A stretch of DNA of 30,912 nucleotides, from positions 1-30,912 of the forward strand of contig WAPT01000023.1 of the NCBI GenBank assembly GCA_015520605.1. Direction: 5' to 3'. Both the position numbers and the translations under genes were made by a program. The notes beneath the pieces were generated by a model. It ran no database searches and was not told the origin of the DNA. It worked only from the letters and a program-made list of their open reading frames with translations. Position 1 is the stretch's first letter; every line of letters begins with the position of its first letter. This document shows positions 17,384 through 26,306 of this stretch, piece by piece. The DNA is from Nanobdellati archaeon (GTDB lineage: Archaea > EX4484-52 > WAPT01).

Positions 17384-17504
17384 TTTTAAAACAATAAGAT
17401 AAAAAAGAAGATAAAAAAGACGGTGCTCGTTTAACTCGTCTGGAAGTTCTCACATCCCAGTAGGGGGGGTAGAAAACAAAATAATTAACAGTGGTGGGTG
17501 TAGT

Positions 17505-17627
17505 ATGGCTATGGAGTTTGATCTCCAAGCACTTCTGGAAATGAAGAGACAGATGATCTTTAAAGGGAATTGGAAGGAAGTAAAAAGAATTAATAAAATG
17601 ATTGAACTCAGGAAAAAGAGCATGTAA
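17505..17627 (+). CDS. Unannotated 40-aa small protein (MAMEFDLQALLEMKRQMIFKGNWKEVKRINKMIELRKKSM)
   Basis: SD-like GGTGGGTG just upstream of the ATG, an amphipathic helical pattern, and a long T-rich terminator-like tract right after the TAA. It is below the ORF-track size cutoff. Confidence 0.65.
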   Translation: MAMEFDLQALLEMKRQMIFKGNWKEVKRINKMIELRKKSM

Positions 17628-17629
17628 AG

Positions 17630-17659
17630 CTTTCTTTTTTCTTCTTTAATTTTTGTTTT
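17630..17659 (+). terminator. Oligo-T archaeal terminator
   Basis: CTTTCTTTTTTCTTCTTTAATTTTTGTTTT directly after the small-ORF stop. Confidence 0.55.
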
Positions 17660-17773
17660 AAATTAAGTTATTTGATAAAATTGTATTCATGGAATTTTGT
17701 TCGTGAGTGCGGTATTTACGGTTTTTTCAGAACGTTCTAAAACATTTAAAATAATTTTAGCCAATATATCAAT

Positions 17774-18400
17774 ATGCCAATAAAAAGGCTCTTACGTTTC
17801 TTCAACAGACTTTTCAAGAAAAAGAAGCAAATAAAACTCGGGATTTATGGCCCGCCCAATGGTGGGAAGACAACACTTGCCAACAGGATATGTCTTGATT
17901 GGCTGGGAGAAGAGCTGGGGAGCGCATCTCATATCCCACACGAGACTAGAAGAGTTCAGATGAAGGAAAGGGTTGTGATACAGAGCGGTGATGGAAAAAC
18001 ATTGGATCTAACCGTGGTGGACACTCCCGGCATAGCAACCAAGATAGATTATGAGAATTTTGTTAAGAAAGGGTTATCAAAAAAAGAAGCCAGAGCAAGG
18101 GCAAGAGAGGCCACACGTGGGGTAATCGAAGCCATAAAATGGCTCGACAACGTTGATGCGGTTATTGTTGTTCTCGATGCAACAAAAAATCCTGTGGATC
18201 AGGTGAATGTAACCATTTTAGGAAATCTGGAAGCCAGAAAGATACCGTTCATGATTGTTGCAAACAAAATAGATCTTAAAAAAGCCAACGTAACCAGAAT
18301 AAGGGAAGCGTTTCCTAATGCTAAGGTGATCGGAATAAGCGCGAAGTACGGCCATAACATGGATAAGTTTTACGAGGCGCTGTTTGAGCTTGTTGGCTGA
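17774..18400 (+). CDS. oapA: Era-like small GTPase OapA/ArvA
   Basis: G1 GPPNGGKT, G2 PHETR, G3 DTPG, G4 NKID, G5 SAK; ARAREATRGVIEAIKWLD and QVNVTILGNLEAR family motifs; N-terminal amphipathic helix; TATA TTTAAAAT upstream (leaderless). Confidence 0.9.
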   Translation: MPIKRLLRFFNRLFKKKKQIKLGIYGPPNGGKTTLANRICLDWLGEELGSASHIPHETRRVQMKERVVIQSGDGKTLDLTVVDTPGIATKIDYENFVKKGLSKKEARARAREATRGVIEAIKWLDNVDAVIVVLDATKNPVDQVNVTILGNLEARKIPFMIVANKIDLKKANVTRIREAFPNAKVIGISAKYGHNMDKFYEALFELVG

Positions 18401-18427
18401 GTGAGTGTCTTGGGTATGGTGAAGAAT

Positions 18428-18790
18428 ATGAAAAAAATAGGCATAAAACTGATACCCTATGAAGAGATGAAAAAGAACATGGATTTGATATTTGACGAGT
18501 TGAAGAAGGGTTCTATAGTGATAATAGATGCCAAAATAAGTCCGGAGGAGGAGAGCAAGATCATAACGAAAACAATGGAGAACGTTGACCTGAAATTTAA
18601 GGGTATAGAGATTTCAACGGTGGACATTGGCGTAGATAGAAACGATAGCTCCGGAGGAAAATTTACAACACTGATCGAAAAATTAAGGAAGGCACTTACG
18701 GGGAGGGAGAGAGGGATAACGATTATAGGATCGGCAAACTTGGTTAAGAAAATAGAAAAAACACCGGAGGAATTATTCCTTTACATGTGA
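18428..18790 (+). CDS. oapB: DUF2073 family protein OapB/ArvB
   Basis: ISPEEESKIITKTM, FKGIEIS, GITIIGSAN; second gene after the GTPase. The start is probably ATG 18428 after SD GGTGA. Confidence 0.85.
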   Translation: MKKIGIKLIPYEEMKKNMDLIFDELKKGSIVIIDAKISPEEESKIITKTMENVDLKFKGIEISTVDIGVDRNDSSGGKFTTLIEKLRKALTGRERGITIIGSANLVKKIEKTPEELFLYM

Positions 18791-18795
18791 TCTAA

Positions 18796-19185
18796 ATGCC
18801 CCATAAATGTGTTAGATGTGGAAAAGTACATCCGGACGATGCCGACTACCTACTTCAAGGATGTGATGTCTGTGGTTGCAGGTTTTTTCTGTATGTGAGC
18901 GAGAAGAATCTAAAGAAGGCAGAAGATGTGATTCAAGAGCTGACTGAGGAAGAAATCCAGGAAATAGAAAAGGACATAAGGGCGATACTTGAAGCCGAGG
19001 ATAGTGAAGCAAAGGGTAGCGAGGTTGTAGTTCTTGACATCGAGGCTATAAGGGTGGTTAAGCCGGGAAAATATCTTATAGATTTGGTGAATCTGTTCAG
19101 CCAGAAACCAATAGTGATTCGTGTTGCCCCGGGAAAATATCGAATAGACCTATCATCGATCATGCTATCAAAGCATGAACCGTAA
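18796..19185 (+). CDS. oapC: Zn-ribbon protein OapC/ArvC (DUF2072)
   Basis: MPHKCVRCG...GCDVCGCRFFLY, IRVVKPGKYLIDL, GKYRIDL. Confidence 0.88.
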   Translation: MPHKCVRCGKVHPDDADYLLQGCDVCGCRFFLYVSEKNLKKAEDVIQELTEEEIQEIEKDIRAILEAEDSEAKGSEVVVLDIEAIRVVKPGKYLIDLVNLFSQKPIVIRVAPGKYRIDLSSIMLSKHEP

Positions 19186-19199
19186 TTTTATTTTGAATT

Positions 19200-20705
19200 T
19201 CATTTTGTTTTTTCGGTTATGATGTGCTCCACTATTTTTGAATAGGCAGGCCTTGTTACGAGGACACCAATCCAGACACCGATGAGGGTTGTCACCGCAA
19301 AACCCTTCATTACCCCCACGCCGGTGTTCAAAACCATCATCGGGAACATAGCCGCCGTTACGGTCGCGGCTGCCGTTAGGATGATGGTCAACGCGCGCTT
19401 CAATCTCTGTTTTAGACTGAGCCCCGATATCTTTTTCTTTGTGCTGACTCTCTCCAGAGTTTCATCCGTTATGATTATCTGATGGTCGACACCCGTACCT
19501 ATTATAGCCACTATACCCGCTATTGAAGGTAGATCGATTGTCCATCCTATGAGAGCAGCTATACCCAAAATGATTATGAGCTCCGCTATCAGAGTGATCA
19601 TGATGCACAGGGATATTAGTGGATGTCTGTAACGCACGAGTATGACAATCCCGACTCCCAAGATTGCCACGAGTATAGACAGGATGGCGTATTTCATAAA
19701 ATATTCTCCGAGAGTTGGTGATATGCTCTCAACGCTCACTATCTCTATCTTTGACGGAAGTGCGCCGCTCTCGAGTATTGACTGGAGCTTTTTCATTTTC
19801 TGTAGTGCTTCTTCCCGTGTTTTTGCCCATCCGGTCACGGTGGGCATTGTTAGCGCTTCGCCTTTCAAACTGCACACAATGTTCAGCGAATCCATGAGTA
19901 CGTTATCCATGTAAAGCTGAAGTGGCTGGTTAAGGTAACATTCCTTGCCCTTGAACACCTCCTTCATATCTCTCGTTACCTTCGCAAATCTCTCCGCGGA
20001 ATTTTTTGTAGTTATTATGGAGAACATAAACCTGTAACCATCACCTTCCCTCTCAATCCTGGCATGTTCGACATCTCTGAAGACTGTGGTTATATCATCT
20101 CCACCATAGATGAGAGCCGAAAAAACAACCTGAGATTGAGTATAATTTGCATAGGTTATGCTAACATTGTCAAGATTAAAAGTATCATTTACCTCAAGAG
20201 TAAATTCAACACCATTACCCTTCAAAGCTATTCTTCCGGTTGTGGAGTTGAGCACGACAACATTGTAACTCTTTCCATCAAAAACAAACGTGCCTTTTCC
20301 GTTTTTTATTTCCACAACTCTCGGTATCCTCGCTTCGAATTTACCCTGACTTTCCAGTAGCTCTCGGAGCGATTTCTCATTAAATCCTGCTATTTCCAAC
20401 TGCAGGTATTTCTTGCCTCCCAACTCAACGGGCCTCACAACCATCTCCTTCAGCCCGTAGGCATTGAGCCTTGTTTCTATCACACTCTCTGTTTTCTGAA
20501 TGGCGGCATCGCTTTGATCCTCAACATAAATCAGGGCTCTCAATCCTCCCTGAATGTCGAGCCCGAACTTCAGAGAGGTGTTCAGGTGACCCTTTCCGTC
20601 CTTACCCACATAGTAAGATGGCTTCAGAGCAATAATCGAAACTGTAACGAGAAGTATCATAAGGACTACTCTAGGTTCTTTTAGCAGTTTGGGCAATGAC
20701 GTCAT
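19200..20705 (-). CDS. secD: Protein translocase subunit SecD (archaeal)
   Basis: LKFGLDIQGG, RLNAYGL, LESGALP, ISPTLG, IDLPSIAGIVAIIGTGVDHQIIITDE, GFAVTTLIG, TRP; ATGA overlap with secF. Confidence 0.95.
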   Translation of the reverse strand: MTSLPKLLKEPRVVLMILLVTVSIIALKPSYYVGKDGKGHLNTSLKFGLDIQGGLRALIYVEDQSDAAIQKTESVIETRLNAYGLKEMVVRPVELGGKKYLQLEIAGFNEKSLRELLESQGKFEARIPRVVEIKNGKGTFVFDGKSYNVVVLNSTTGRIALKGNGVEFTLEVNDTFNLDNVSITYANYTQSQVVFSALIYGGDDITTVFRDVEHARIEREGDGYRFMFSIITTKNSAERFAKVTRDMKEVFKGKECYLNQPLQLYMDNVLMDSLNIVCSLKGEALTMPTVTGWAKTREEALQKMKKLQSILESGALPSKIEIVSVESISPTLGEYFMKYAILSILVAILGVGIVILVRYRHPLISLCIMITLIAELIIILGIAALIGWTIDLPSIAGIVAIIGTGVDHQIIITDETLERVSTKKKISGLSLKQRLKRALTIILTAAATVTAAMFPMMVLNTGVGVMKGFAVTTLIGVWIGVLVTRPAYSKIVEHIITEKTK

Positions 20706-21577
20706 CGTTTCCCACCTCTATCAATGTAGATTTTGAGGATGGACACGTTCTGAAGCCAAGTGAATGGAATGTCCGCACAAAGACCAAATACTATTATGGC
20801 CGACAGATTTTTTAGAACATCCGCAGGAGTTATGAAATGAAGAGCGAGCATCGCAAGAATGGATGTTGTTGTCATGGTTATCCCAGTCTTTGCGGAGCTC
20901 TTTATTCTCTCCTTAACGGTTGCATCTCCTCTTTTCAGTACACGACTCGACAACAAAATGTCGGTGTCCACGGAATAACCCAGAAGAATGAGAAGTGCCG
21001 CGAAAGTCGCAAGCGTCATCTTTATTTTAAAGACGTCCATGAGTGCAACGGCGGTGATTATATCGGATATAGCCGCAAGGATTATCGCCACGGACGGAAC
21101 AAACACCCTGAATGTGAGGAAGACAACAATTGCCATACCTATAAACGCTATCAAAAACACCTTGATAGCCTGCTTCCAGAACGCGGAGCTCACAGCTGGA
21201 CTTATCGAGTAGACTGATGTATCGATAACTTCCAGCCCGGCGTTGCTCACAGCTTTTACCACGTCATCTTTGCTGAGCTGGGTTCCGCTCTCAACTATCA
21301 GCAGGTAGTTTTCGGAACTCTTACCTTTCTTAACGACAACATCCCCGAACTGCTGCTGAAGGATATGGGCAATCTTGTTCAGATCAAAGTCGTTTTTTGT
21401 AATTAGAACAATCTGCGTCCCTCCCGAAAAATCAAGACCCTTTTCAAAAAGATCTCCCGAAGAAATATAATGGTATGCTATAATTGACCCGAAAACAGCA
21501 AGCAAGCTCAAAGATATTGCCAGCATGAGGTATGGCCTGTCCAGAAGATCATCATATATTTTTTCTATACTTTTCAT
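20702..21577 (-). CDS. secF: Protein translocase subunit SecF (archaeal)
   Basis: GLDFSGGT, ISPAVS, AALLILLGYSVDTDILL, TGITMTTT, TWLQN; TATA TTTTATAA about 25 nt upstream. Confidence 0.95.
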   Translation of the reverse strand: MKSIEKIYDDLLDRPYLMLAISLSLLAVFGSIIAYHYISSGDLFEKGLDFSGGTQIVLITKNDFDLNKIAHILQQQFGDVVVKKGKSSENYLLIVESGTQLSKDDVVKAVSNAGLEVIDTSVYSISPAVSSAFWKQAIKVFLIAFIGMAIVVFLTFRVFVPSVAIILAAISDIITAVALMDVFKIKMTLATFAALLILLGYSVDTDILLSSRVLKRGDATVKERIKSSAKTGITMTTTSILAMLALHFITPADVLKNLSAIIVFGLCADIPFTWLQNVSILKIYIDRGGKR

Positions 21578-21639
21578 GGAAAATATAGAATGTACGGATA
21601 ATTTTATAAAAGGTGATGGTCTGAAGCTGGGACTGTTCT

Positions 21640-21960
21640 AATTTCATCTTCACCGCTTCCAAATTTTCAGTGAAACACAGAACCGCTTATACCACAACCG
21701 GAGAAAACGGACTTTCAACAACTCTTTCAACCATGGCGGTGGATTTTCCATATTCTCTTTATGACTTTCTTTGAATTTCAAAGTCCAGTTAGCCTGCTTA
21801 AACTCTGCAGAAATGGAGCAGTGGTGAGTATTTTTGTTCCAAGCCGAACTCTTCTGTACTGTATTTGAACACTTTCGACGCTAATCGGTTTAAGCTGTTT
21901 ATGGGGAACCACTTCTTCTTATTACGGTCTTCTGTGGTTTAATCGGGATGTGATTCTTTC
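21640..21960 (-). pseudogene. Possible gene remnant of unknown family
   Basis: Two overlapping start-less protein-like frames (KKKWFPINSLNRLASKVFKYSTEEFGLEQKYSPLL and SAEFKQANWTLKFKESHKENMENPPPWLKELLKV) in a 485-bp gap of an otherwise compact genome. Confidence 0.3.
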
Positions 21961-22062
21961 TAAATTAAAAATTTCTGTTTTGGGATTTTTTAGAACAACA
22001 CTTGAATCACCGGACTTAAAACCTTTTTTAAATTCATCTCCAGAACTGGGATGTGAGATTCC

Positions 22063-22794
22063 ATGAAGGCTGTCATATTGGCTGCGGGATTCGGGTCAAG
22101 GATGGGGTCTCTGGTTAAAGATAAACCCAAGTGCTTGCTCGAGCTGAGACCTGGATTTACCATTTTGGATTATCAGATAAAATGCCTGAAAAATGTTGTT
22201 AGAGTTACGTATCAGGATATTTTTATTGTTGGAGGATATAAGATCGAAACTTTGAAACCTTTGGGAGAGAAGGACATCAACATAATTTTTAACTCAAAAT
22301 ACAAGGAATATGAAAACATATACAGTTTTCACCTGATAAAAAATCGTGTTAATGATGCTTTCATTCTTCTAAATTCCGATACTTTGTTCCACCATGAAAT
22401 TCTGGAGAGTGTTGTGAAAGCCAGAGACGGAACTTATTTTGTTGTTGACAATGCCAGAGAACTGGGAAAAGAAGAAATGAAGGTTATCATTAAAAACAGC
22501 AGAATAATAAAGTTTGGCAAAGATATTCCTCTGGAAGAAGCTGACGGCGAGTACATAGGTGTTGCAAAATTTAATCCTAACGACGCGAAGAAAATTTTTG
22601 AAAAAATTGAAGATTTAATAAAATGCGGGAAGACAAATCTGTGGTATGAATACGCCATCAATTATGTGTTGAATGATGTAAAAGCAATGCCTATATATAC
22701 CCACGGATTACCATGGATAGAGGTGGACACACCACAGGATTACGAACGTGCAAAGCTGATGTCCGGGGATTTTCATGATCTACAAGTTCGTTAA
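22063..22794 (+). CDS. LicC-like sugar-alcohol/phosphocholine cytidylyltransferase (NTP_transferase family)
   Basis: ILAAGFGSRM, KPKCLL, VGGYK, LNSD, EEMKV, GEYIGVAKF, WIEVDTPQD. Confidence 0.85.
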   Translation: MKAVILAAGFGSRMGSLVKDKPKCLLELRPGFTILDYQIKCLKNVVRVTYQDIFIVGGYKIETLKPLGEKDINIIFNSKYKEYENIYSFHLIKNRVNDAFILLNSDTLFHHEILESVVKARDGTYFVVDNARELGKEEMKVIIKNSRIIKFGKDIPLEEADGEYIGVAKFNPNDAKKIFEKIEDLIKCGKTNLWYEYAINYVLNDVKAMPIYTHGLPWIEVDTPQDYERAKLMSGDFHDLQVR

Positions 22795-23809
22795 TTTTCC
22801 CATAATTATTGAGGTTGGAAACAACATTCTGAGCGAGTTCGAAAAAGTCGTCCATCAGAACAACCTTCATTTTGAAAATCCGATTATAATCAGCGGAAAG
22901 ACGAGCGGCGATATAATCAAAAAGTACGAATTTGCCGAGAAATATGAGCATTATGTCTTTGAAGAAGGAACGATAGAGGAAATTTCCGCGCTGAGGAGAA
23001 AGATCGTCGAGGGTCGTTATGATCTCATTATAGCTTGTGGTGGTGGAAGAGTAATAGATATCGGGAAGTATCTTGCGATGGATATTCTGATACCTGTGCT
23101 CAGCGTTCCAACTCTATTGTCGAGTGATGCGATCGCATCTCCAATCAGCATCCTTAGGGTGAACAACACTTACAGGAGCATAGGGACAACAATGCCGGTC
23201 GGTGTTGTTGTTGAGATGAGCATCATCAAAAACTCTCCTAAAAAGTACATTCTGAGTGGTCTTGGGGACTTATTATCGAACGTTTCAGCCTCATATGACT
23301 GGGTTTTAGCTTCACGCGAGAGGGGGGAGAAGATGGATAATTTTTCGAGAATGCTTGCACATTTTCCAGCGATGAACATTTTGAACAGCTGTGAAAATTA
23401 TTCCTCGATTATCGATGAAAAATTCCTTGAAGACCTCGCATACGGACTTATTTTAAGTGGCATTGCCATGAACATCGCACACTCGAGCAGACCGGCAAGC
23501 GGTTCAGAACATAACATAAGCCATGCTCTGGACAGGCTTCTTGGGTTTGGTAGTGTTCTCCACGGGCTGCAGGCTGGGTTTGCAACGATACTCACCACAT
23601 TTTTGCAGGGGCAGAAAAAAGAGCATGAAAAAATACTCGAATTGTACGATAAATTTGGATTTCCAACAAAGCTAAACGAAATCGGGATTGATGAGGTCAC
23701 ATTTTTTGAAGCGCTCAAAATGGCGCCAAAGATTAGAGAGAGGTACACAATTCTGAACAAGTATGATGTTAATAAAATTATAAATGTGGCAAATAAACTT
23801 TATCTGTAA
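22775..23809 (+). CDS. sn-glycerol-1-phosphate dehydrogenase-like protein (EgsA/AraM/Gtp1 family)
   Basis: GGGRVIDIGKY, PTLLSSDAIASP, GLGDLLSN, DW, SRPASGSEHNISHALD, LHGLQ (metal-binding His residues); overlaps the cytidylyltransferase. Confidence 0.85.
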   Translation: MIYKFVNFPIIIEVGNNILSEFEKVVHQNNLHFENPIIISGKTSGDIIKKYEFAEKYEHYVFEEGTIEEISALRRKIVEGRYDLIIACGGGRVIDIGKYLAMDILIPVLSVPTLLSSDAIASPISILRVNNTYRSIGTTMPVGVVVEMSIIKNSPKKYILSGLGDLLSNVSASYDWVLASRERGEKMDNFSRMLAHFPAMNILNSCENYSSIIDEKFLEDLAYGLILSGIAMNIAHSSRPASGSEHNISHALDRLLGFGSVLHGLQAGFATILTTFLQGQKKEHEKILELYDKFGFPTKLNEIGIDEVTFFEALKMAPKIRERYTILNKYDVNKIINVANKLYL

Positions 23810-23861
23810 AAAATCCAACCACGCATCTATTAAAATTTTCTTCATTAACCAAAAGATCAGT

Positions 23862-26306
23862 ATGGACAAAGTGGTTGCTCAGCTTATCCATGTGGATTAT
23901 TTTGTGGATAAGAACAGGCCCGTTATAAGGCTTCTGATGAGTGATGATGAAAAAAGAAAGATTGTTGTGCTTGACGACACTTTTGAACCGTATTTCTATA
24001 CCATCCCCGCAGAAACCGTTCCTATCGAGGAGTTGGTGGAAAAAATAATGGGTATAAAAATTCCTGGGAAGGACGGAGTTGTAAGCCCGAAGAGAGTTGA
24101 GGTGGTAAAGAAGTTAGTTGGGATTGAAGAAAGAACCTTGCTCAAAATCACCTGCTACCTGCCATCTGATGTTCCGAAGTTAAGGGAAGCTGTTGCAATG
24201 GTAAATGGTGTTGAGGGGATAAGGGAATTCGACATTCTTTTCCACCGAAGATACATGATAGACAGAGGGCTTGAGCCGCTTGACTGGTACGAAGTGGATG
24301 GAGATAGGATACTTTATAATGATTTTCCATGCGATACTGCTTTAAAGGCAAGAAACATAAGGAGACTCTACAGGCCTAAAGAAAAAATGCACATTGCAAG
24401 TTTTGATGTTGAGAGTATAATGGAAAGGGGTGAGATGAGGCTGATAATGGCAGGTATTTATTTTGATGACGATCATGGCAAGGTGGCAACAAGCATTGAT
24501 GTTGACGGCAGAGACTTCGTAGAAAGGGTGGTGGGTGAAAGGGGCATAATAGAATGGATTGTTAACACTCTAAAAATGGAGAAACCACACCTCCTCGTAA
24601 CTTATAATGGTGATGCGTTCGACTTCCGCCTACTGAAGGAGAGAGCTTCTAAACTAAAAATGGAACTGAAATTCGGAGGAAATGCGTCTCTTGTTTTCAA
24701 ACGGAGGGGGAGAACGAGCTACGCTGAAATAGAGGGAATAGCCCATATAGACCTATATCCATTCGTCTCAACTATCATGGCTCCAAGTCTGAACACAGAA
24801 GTCTTCACGCTCGAGGCGGTCTGCCAAGAAATTCTAGGAGAAGGAAAGTACGAAGTTACTTGGGAAGAGATAGAGCACAGCTGGAAGACCGGAGAAAATC
24901 TGGAGAGGATAGTAGACTACAACTACAGGGATGTTGAACTAACGATGAAGCTGGCTAAAGCACTACTCCCAAATATTTTTTCACTTGCTTCCCTCGCCTA
25001 CATGACGCCGGTTGAAGTGGCAAGAGCGAGCTACAGCCAGCTTGTGGAGAACTTTGCGATAAGGAAGGCATACAAGATGAATTATGTTGTTCCAAACAAA
25101 CCAACAGTTGAGGAGATGGACGTAAGGAGACAGGAAGAGAGCTACGAGGGAGCAATAGTTATAGAACCAAAACCCGGGCTGCATGAAGATATAGCGGTAT
25201 TCGACTTCCGATCTCTATACCCATCCATCATAATCACCCATAACATCGACCCGTTCACCATAAACTGTAAATGTTGCACTCCCGAAGAAGCATACAGGGT
25301 GCCGGGAAAGCCGTATTATTTCTGCAAGAAGAAGAGGGGTTTCATTCCAACAATTCTACAGGAGTTGATAGAAAAGAGAATGGAAATAAAAAAGAAGCTA
25401 AAGGAAGTGAAGGATGAAGTGCTGAAGAAAGTTCTTGATTCAAGACAGCAAGCAATGAAAACAGTTGCAAACGCGTTCTACGGTTATCTGGCATTTGTTG
25501 GCTCACGTTTCTATGATAAAAGGTGCGCCGAGTCGGTAACAGCTTTTGGAAGGTATTACATAACCATGATAGCGGATATGGCCAGACAGCACGGGTTTGA
25601 GGTCATCTACGGCGATACTGACTCCATTTTCCTCAAGATGAATGGAAAGAAGAAGGAGGAGGTTATGCACTTTCTGGAGGAGGTCAACTCGAAACTTTCG
25701 GGCATAATGGAGCTCGAGTTCGAAGGCTTCTACAAGAGAGGTCTCTTTGTGAGGAGAAAGACCGGAGAGGGTGGGGCAAAGAAGAGATATGCGCTCATCG
25801 ATGAGTACGGAAAAATTGTTATAAGGGGTTTCGAGAGAGTAAGGCGAGATTGGTCAAAACTTGCGAGAGAAACGCAGGAGAAGGTGTTGTATTATGTGCT
25901 GAACGGAGAGGTCGAGAAAGCTGTCGAATATGTGAGGAATGTAATCGAAAAGCTGAAGAAGGGTGATGTTGATAAGGAGGACTTATGCATCTACACGACC
26001 ATAACTAGAAGTCTTGACTCGTACGAGCAGATAGGCCCGCATGTTGCCGCAGCAAGAAAAGCAATGGCCAGAGGAGTTGAGATAAGGCCTGGAGAAACCA
26101 TAAAATACATAATAACGAGAGGTGTTGGAAGCATCTCAGACAGAGCGGAGCTTGCCATTTTTGCTGAGAGTTACGATCCGGATTATTACATCAGGCACCA
26201 GGTACTTCCGGCTGCAATGAGAGTCCTGAGCGTTCTCGGTTACACCGAGGATATGATACTGTCCGGGACAAAACAGACAGGACTATTCCAGTTCATGAAA
26301 AAATGA
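23862..26306 (+). CDS. polB: Family B DNA polymerase, intein-free, exonuclease and polymerase motifs intact
   Basis: ExoI FDVES, ExoII YNGDAFD, ExoIII YNYRD, DFRSLYPSII, KTVANAFYGY, YGDTDS, KKRYA, C-terminal PIP box QTGLFQF. The start is probably ATG 23862, with TATA TATTAAAA about 25 nt upstream. Confidence 0.97.
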   Translation: MDKVVAQLIHVDYFVDKNRPVIRLLMSDDEKRKIVVLDDTFEPYFYTIPAETVPIEELVEKIMGIKIPGKDGVVSPKRVEVVKKLVGIEERTLLKITCYLPSDVPKLREAVAMVNGVEGIREFDILFHRRYMIDRGLEPLDWYEVDGDRILYNDFPCDTALKARNIRRLYRPKEKMHIASFDVESIMERGEMRLIMAGIYFDDDHGKVATSIDVDGRDFVERVVGERGIIEWIVNTLKMEKPHLLVTYNGDAFDFRLLKERASKLKMELKFGGNASLVFKRRGRTSYAEIEGIAHIDLYPFVSTIMAPSLNTEVFTLEAVCQEILGEGKYEVTWEEIEHSWKTGENLERIVDYNYRDVELTMKLAKALLPNIFSLASLAYMTPVEVARASYSQLVENFAIRKAYKMNYVVPNKPTVEEMDVRRQEESYEGAIVIEPKPGLHEDIAVFDFRSLYPSIIITHNIDPFTINCKCCTPEEAYRVPGKPYYFCKKKRGFIPTILQELIEKRMEIKKKLKEVKDEVLKKVLDSRQQAMKTVANAFYGYLAFVGSRFYDKRCAESVTAFGRYYITMIADMARQHGFEVIYGDTDSIFLKMNGKKKEEVMHFLEEVNSKLSGIMELEFEGFYKRGLFVRRKTGEGGAKKRYALIDEYGKIVIRGFERVRRDWSKLARETQEKVLYYVLNGEVEKAVEYVRNVIEKLKKGDVDKEDLCIYTTITRSLDSYEQIGPHVAAARKAMARGVEIRPGETIKYIITRGVGSISDRAELAIFAESYDPDYYIRHQVLPAAMRVLSVLGYTEDMILSGTKQTGLFQFMKK

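Noticed and set aside
17226-17773. oriC upstream of oapA, as in haloarchaea (G7 run at 17463; TTCCA..GAAAC at about 17292-17309)
   Set aside because: The spacing does not match ORB consensus, the elements are not repeated, no cdc6 is adjacent, and a small ORF explains much of the gap.
23862-26306. Intein, split or inactivated PolB; casposon or viral polymerase
   Set aside because: Normal length, all catalytic motifs and the PIP box are intact, and there is no cas1, terminal repeat or viral gene nearby.
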